From Nitrospira sp. (GTDB lineage: Bacteria > Nitrospirota > Nitrospiria > Nitrospirales > Nitrospiraceae), in NCBI GenBank assembly GCA_047150005.1, contig AP038806.1, forward strand, positions 1,408,001 to 1,472,000: a stretch of 64,000 nt of DNA. Reading direction: 5' to 3'. The notes under the pieces were generated by a model. It worked only from the letters and a program-made list of their open reading frames with translations. It had not been told where the DNA came from and did not search any database. The position numbers and the translations under genes were made by a program. This document shows, piece by piece, positions 60,180 through 64,000 of the stretch (position 1 is the stretch's first letter; the number at the start of each line of letters is the position of its first letter).

Positions 60180-62390
60180 TTATGGATTGGAATTTGGAAT
60201 CACTTTATAGATCGCATTGAAGCCGGAAGCGTAGACGAACCCGCCCGGTCCTTGAATGACATCGAGCAGTCCTCCCAATCCTCCATTGAACGCGACGGCC
60301 ATTGCTCCAAGATGATCGAGCTGTGCTCCGGCCAATGCAATCCGCCGAAGTTTGCCCCCGTTGACATCGGCGAACAGCAGATTATTGTGGAAGGCGGACG
60401 GGTAATTCGAATTCTGCGGGATCGTCGTCATGCCCGTCGGTCCTATCGTGGGCGTAATGGCTACGATCGGGTTGAGGAACCTCGGATCGTTGGCTATGCC
60501 CGTGACAGTAGGCCAGCCATAGTTACCGCCGGCCACGATGCGATTGACTTCATCGTCGGTATCCGGCCCGTTTTCGGTGACCCAGAGGTCGCCGGTTTGA
60601 GGATGAAATACGGCCCCGAAACTGTTTCGAAGGCCCATGGCATAGATCCTGGGGTCGCCGAATCCTGGGGGATTGTCCCCGGGGGCTGAACCATCGGGAT
60701 TGAGACGAAGAATCTTGCCGCCCAATGAATTGATGTCCTGCGCCAATTGCGGGCGATTCCATTCTCCGAGCGTTACGTAGAGCTTGCCGTCCGATCTGAA
60801 ACGAAGGACTCCGCCGTTGTGAATGTCGCCGGCGGGTAGGCCGTCGAGAATCGGTGTTTCGTTCGTCCCTCGGCCGTTGACTTCCGTTACACGAATGAGT
60901 CGATTGTGCAATTGGTCTGCGGTGACATAGTAGAGATACACGTAGTGATTCGTCGAAAAGTTCGGATCGAGCACAAGGCCGAGCAGACCTTGGTCCCTGC
61001 CATGGCCGACATCGACATGATAGAAAGTCGTCGGGCGCAGTTGCCACGCGCCTCCCACAATATCGACGATCCTCACGTTTCCCGTCAGAAGTTCGTTGAA
61101 GAACACTCTGCCATCCGGCGCAACAGCCATCGTGACCGGTATATCCAGGCCGCTGAGGACTGGCTCTAACCGGACTTCGCCTCCGGGCGGTTCTGCGATC
61201 GTGAACGTAATGGTTTGAGTGGCTTCGGGATTTCCAAGCGGATTATGCGCACTGTCGACCAGTTGCAGACGGACTCGATGCGTGCCGCTGGGTTGCTGGA
61301 AGATCTGAAACGACGTGCTGGTCTTCCAGTGCACGACATGGGTGTGTTTCCCCTCATAGAGCACGCCCGTGTCTTCATTAGGTCCGCTGAAGAACTCATA
61401 GGGCGTCGGATCGTTGTCCAAGAAAAAATGGACATGGGGTTGCCCCTGGAGTCCAATGCTAAAGTTGGCTGTCGCCAGGGAAATGGGCACCGCTCCCGGC
61501 AGGAAGGTGGCACCCGGCGAGGGGCTGACGACGCTGATGGTCGGGGTGGTGCTTGGAGGAACTCCAACGGAGAAGACGAGCAAGGTCGTGGCCTGCGGAT
61601 TGTTCAGCGCGACCCCGGCTGCATCAACCAGCGTGAATCGAATCTGATGGGACCCGCTCCCGAGATTGGTCAGGCGTATCGCCGTGGAACTTTGCCACAA
61701 GACATCCGACGCAGGGTTCCCTGAACGCTGGACTTGATTCGTAGTCCCGTTCAAGAAATCGTACGCAGTCGGATCGCTATCCAGCTGGAACTGCAGGTGC
61801 GGTTCCCCCACCCCGCCCAGGGAAAAATTCTGCACCCCGAAGTTGACCGTCACGGGGCCGGCCGGGAGTGCGGCGTTCTGTGCGGGGCTCGTTACCATTA
61901 TCGTGGGGGCAATGCTGGCCGGGAGGGTCGTGTTCGGTTGACCCGGATTGAAAGACGAAGGTGGAGAGACATGTTCCGGAGTGGCCTTTTCCGTCGGGGT
62001 CGCGCTGGTCGCCACAAATCCTAGGTCGATCGCCCCGGCTTGTGTCAGAGAGAACACGTTTGTTTCAGGATTGCCGATGTAAAGAGGGTAGATTCGCCCG
62101 CCGGTGATGAAAAACACCCTCAGCGGGGTCCCGAGCTGGAGTCCAGAGATTTGATAGGGGACATGGCCTTGAGCATCGCGGGGTCGACCTGTCGTGTCGT
62201 CCTCCGCGACGATCTGATCGCTTGAATCAATTGCCACGATTCTCGTGCCGGCAACAGTCCCCGTGATAGAGCCGGGCCCCGGAGCCGTCGCCGCGGACTG
62301 GGAACTGTCACTGGAACCACAAGCAGAGAGACCCACCCATAGAACGAGGGCTGTTGCCCCGGTAATCGCTCGCAGGATTCTTGTCACCAC
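60180..62390 (-). CDS. Lipoprotein with two Ig-like repeats and a PQQ-dependent glucose/sorbosone dehydrogenase beta-propeller
   Basis: Lipobox LSAC; GLLGLVLDPNF, HNGG, GKILRLN, GLRNSFG, ENGP..DDEVN, NYGWP. Confidence 0.85.
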   Translation of the reverse strand: MVTRILRAITGATALVLWVGLSACGSSDSSQSAATAPGPGSITGTVAGTRIVAIDSSDQIVAEDDTTGRPRDAQGHVPYQISGLQLGTPLRVFFITGGRIYPLYIGNPETNVFSLTQAGAIDLGFVATSATPTEKATPEHVSPPSSFNPGQPNTTLPASIAPTIMVTSPAQNAALPAGPVTVNFGVQNFSLGGVGEPHLQFQLDSDPTAYDFLNGTTNQVQRSGNPASDVLWQSSTAIRLTNLGSGSHQIRFTLVDAAGVALNNPQATTLLVFSVGVPPSTTPTISVVSPSPGATFLPGAVPISLATANFSIGLQGQPHVHFFLDNDPTPYEFFSGPNEDTGVLYEGKHTHVVHWKTSTSFQIFQQPSGTHRVRLQLVDSAHNPLGNPEATQTITFTIAEPPGGEVRLEPVLSGLDIPVTMAVAPDGRVFFNELLTGNVRIVDIVGGAWQLRPTTFYHVDVGHGRDQGLLGLVLDPNFSTNHYVYLYYVTADQLHNRLIRVTEVNGRGTNETPILDGLPAGDIHNGGVLRFRSDGKLYVTLGEWNRPQLAQDINSLGGKILRLNPDGSAPGDNPPGFGDPRIYAMGLRNSFGAVFHPQTGDLWVTENGPDTDDEVNRIVAGGNYGWPTVTGIANDPRFLNPIVAITPTIGPTGMTTIPQNSNYPSAFHNNLLFADVNGGKLRRIALAGAQLDHLGAMAVAFNGGLGGLLDVIQGPGGFVYASGFNAIYKVIPNSNP

Positions 62391-62595
62391 ACTCTCCCCT
62401 TGTTTTTCTCTTCTCACCAGACGGCTCCCCTGCCCCTGTTGTCCTGCCTGACGTCTGAAGCTTCCTCGCATTTATTTGCGCCTACTTACTACTATACGGA
62501 AGTAGGGTCAACAGCCAGCCTGCATCCGTTCACCATTCGGCCCGTCAGCCTGATCTTGACTCCGCCCGTTCTTGCTTCGCGCACGAGGGTTCCCG

Positions 62596-64000
62596 CTACC
62601 GCATGTAAAGATATTGAAGCAGTGCGATAAGGCCGTAGAGCGAAGATTCGATCACCGGCTGCTGGTACAGGGGCACGAAGGCCCCCTGCTCGTTGGCTTC
62701 CACCTCGCCGATGATGTGCTGGATCTGCTTCGTCCGAACATCGTGATCCTTTCCGACTCCGAGCGTCTGCACCATCTGCCGGCTCAACCCGGCCAACATG
62801 GCGGCTTTCGCGTTGTTGGCCGCTTGATAGAGCAAGTAGGCACCCATGAGCGCGAGCAGGATGTTCACCGACCACATGAGCAGCAACAGCTTGGGATAGT
62901 TCCAGATGTCGAAGTAGTCGTTGCGGGCGGCGATCATGATGAGCAGGGCGATGAAGGGGTAGCGGATGATGCGGTTCACGGCCTCGGTCCTCAGGCCGAT
63001 CAGGTCGATCACCGCCAGATACCTGAGCTTCTGGAACTCGGTCTTGTGGGCCTCACTGAGACCGTAATCGCGGAGGTACTCGTCCTGTACCTGATCGGAC
63101 CAGCCGCCGGTCGAGGTCGTGACCCAGCCGATCCAGCGTCGGCACAGCATCACCGCGTCGAAGACGGCCAGGTTCAGGAGGACGACGATGGCGGCCGTGC
63201 CCAGCGTCATGAACGAATCCACGGCGCAACTCAACGCCCCCCGGCAGGGATGGATCGTTTCCTCGTCGAGCACCCATCGTTGCAACGACCACATGACGCC
63301 CAGATACAGCAGGAACAGGAGCAGCGTCCGGGCGACGCGCTGGACCGGCCTGCCGGCTTCACGATACCAGGACCAGGTTTGGTCCATCGTGGTCGGAATT
63401 CTGGTCGCGGACGGATGATAGACACGCTGGAGGTTCGCCCAAAACGACGAGGCTCCGAAGCCTTGCGGTCGTGAGTCGGGCTTGAATCGAAATCGCCGAT
63501 CGAGACGGTCGCTGTTGTGCGCGAGGTCGCGCGCACCCTTCGCCAGGAACACGACGCTCATGACGACCACCACGAGCCGCAACAACTCGCTCGGCCAGAT
63601 ACTCACGCCGTCCGTCCAGGAGAACGGTTCTCCTTCGTCATGCCCGGCCAACAGAGCGGGCGCGCCTCCCAACGCCAGGAACGCCGAGAAGGACGCCAGG
63701 GCCAGCAGGGCCAGCGCGCCGACCTGCTTGGGTTTCTCCGACGCCCAATTCCAGAGTCGCTGATTGCTCCAGACGACAATGGTCAGAATCAGCAGGCCCA
63801 CGATCCCCGACACCGCTACCGCAGTGTCGTTGAACCCCGTCCCCTGCTTGAGCTGACCGTGGTCGTCCCGGTACGCGAGATCACCCCGCAGCGGGTGGAT
63901 GGTCCGAACCCCCTCTTTCTCCACGACGCTCAGATCGACGGCGCCGTTCCGCCCCACCTCGAAGAGCCTGGGATGCACGCCCGGATCGTACAGACGATCC
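62596..64000 (-). CDS. Large multi-TM hypothetical protein (C-terminal part; 5'-partial)
   Basis: Long open frame reaching the window edge; about 8 hydrophobic segments, EPFSWTDGVSIWP, YPFIALLIMIAARNDYFD. Confidence 0.75.
   Translation of the reverse strand, partial: DRLYDPGVHPRLFEVGRNGAVDLSVVEKEGVRTIHPLRGDLAYRDDHGQLKQGTGFNDTAVAVSGIVGLLILTIVVWSNQRLWNWASEKPKQVGALALLALASFSAFLALGGAPALLAGHDEGEPFSWTDGVSIWPSELLRLVVVVMSVVFLAKGARDLAHNSDRLDRRFRFKPDSRPQGFGASSFWANLQRVYHPSATRIPTTMDQTWSWYREAGRPVQRVARTLLLFLLYLGVMWSLQRWVLDEETIHPCRGALSCAVDSFMTLGTAAIVVLLNLAVFDAVMLCRRWIGWVTTSTGGWSDQVQDEYLRDYGLSEAHKTEFQKLRYLAVIDLIGLRTEAVNRIIRYPFIALLIMIAARNDYFDIWNYPKLLLLMWSVNILLALMGAYLLYQAANNAKAAMLAGLSRQMVQTLGVGKDHDVRTKQIQHIIGEVEANEQGAFVPLYQQPVIESSLYGLIALLQYLYMR

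Overview
This is GC-rich core chromosome of a nitrite-oxidising Nitrospira-type bacterium, identified by a Tat-exported periplasmic NxrA and its NxrB. Most genes are housekeeping or metabolic: mfd, two PPIases, engB, mtgA, dtd, ogt, murJ, lemA with two TPM genes, sdhCAB, xth, mscS, leuCD, corA, msrA, tldDE, hpnR, sulP and ettA. I saw no rRNA, tRNA, CRISPR array or mobile element. The most informative region is 20.2-28.4 kb. There a sigma54 enhancer-binding protein whose phospho-acceptor Asp is replaced by Glu lies upstream of three TGTCA-N8-TGACA palindromes, two IHF-type sites, a -24/-12 promoter with a TTGT variant, a structured leader, nxrAB, and a CHASE3 sensor with no output domain. Other observations: two 56-aa Zn-finger-like ORFs missing from the ORF track, a frameshifted LOG-family gene, a possible uORF coupled to corA, a DUF4832 glycosidase-like gene coupled to sdhC, three PilZ proteins and a hopanoid C-3 methylase. 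All calls come from motif recognition by eye; no database searches or folding programs were run.
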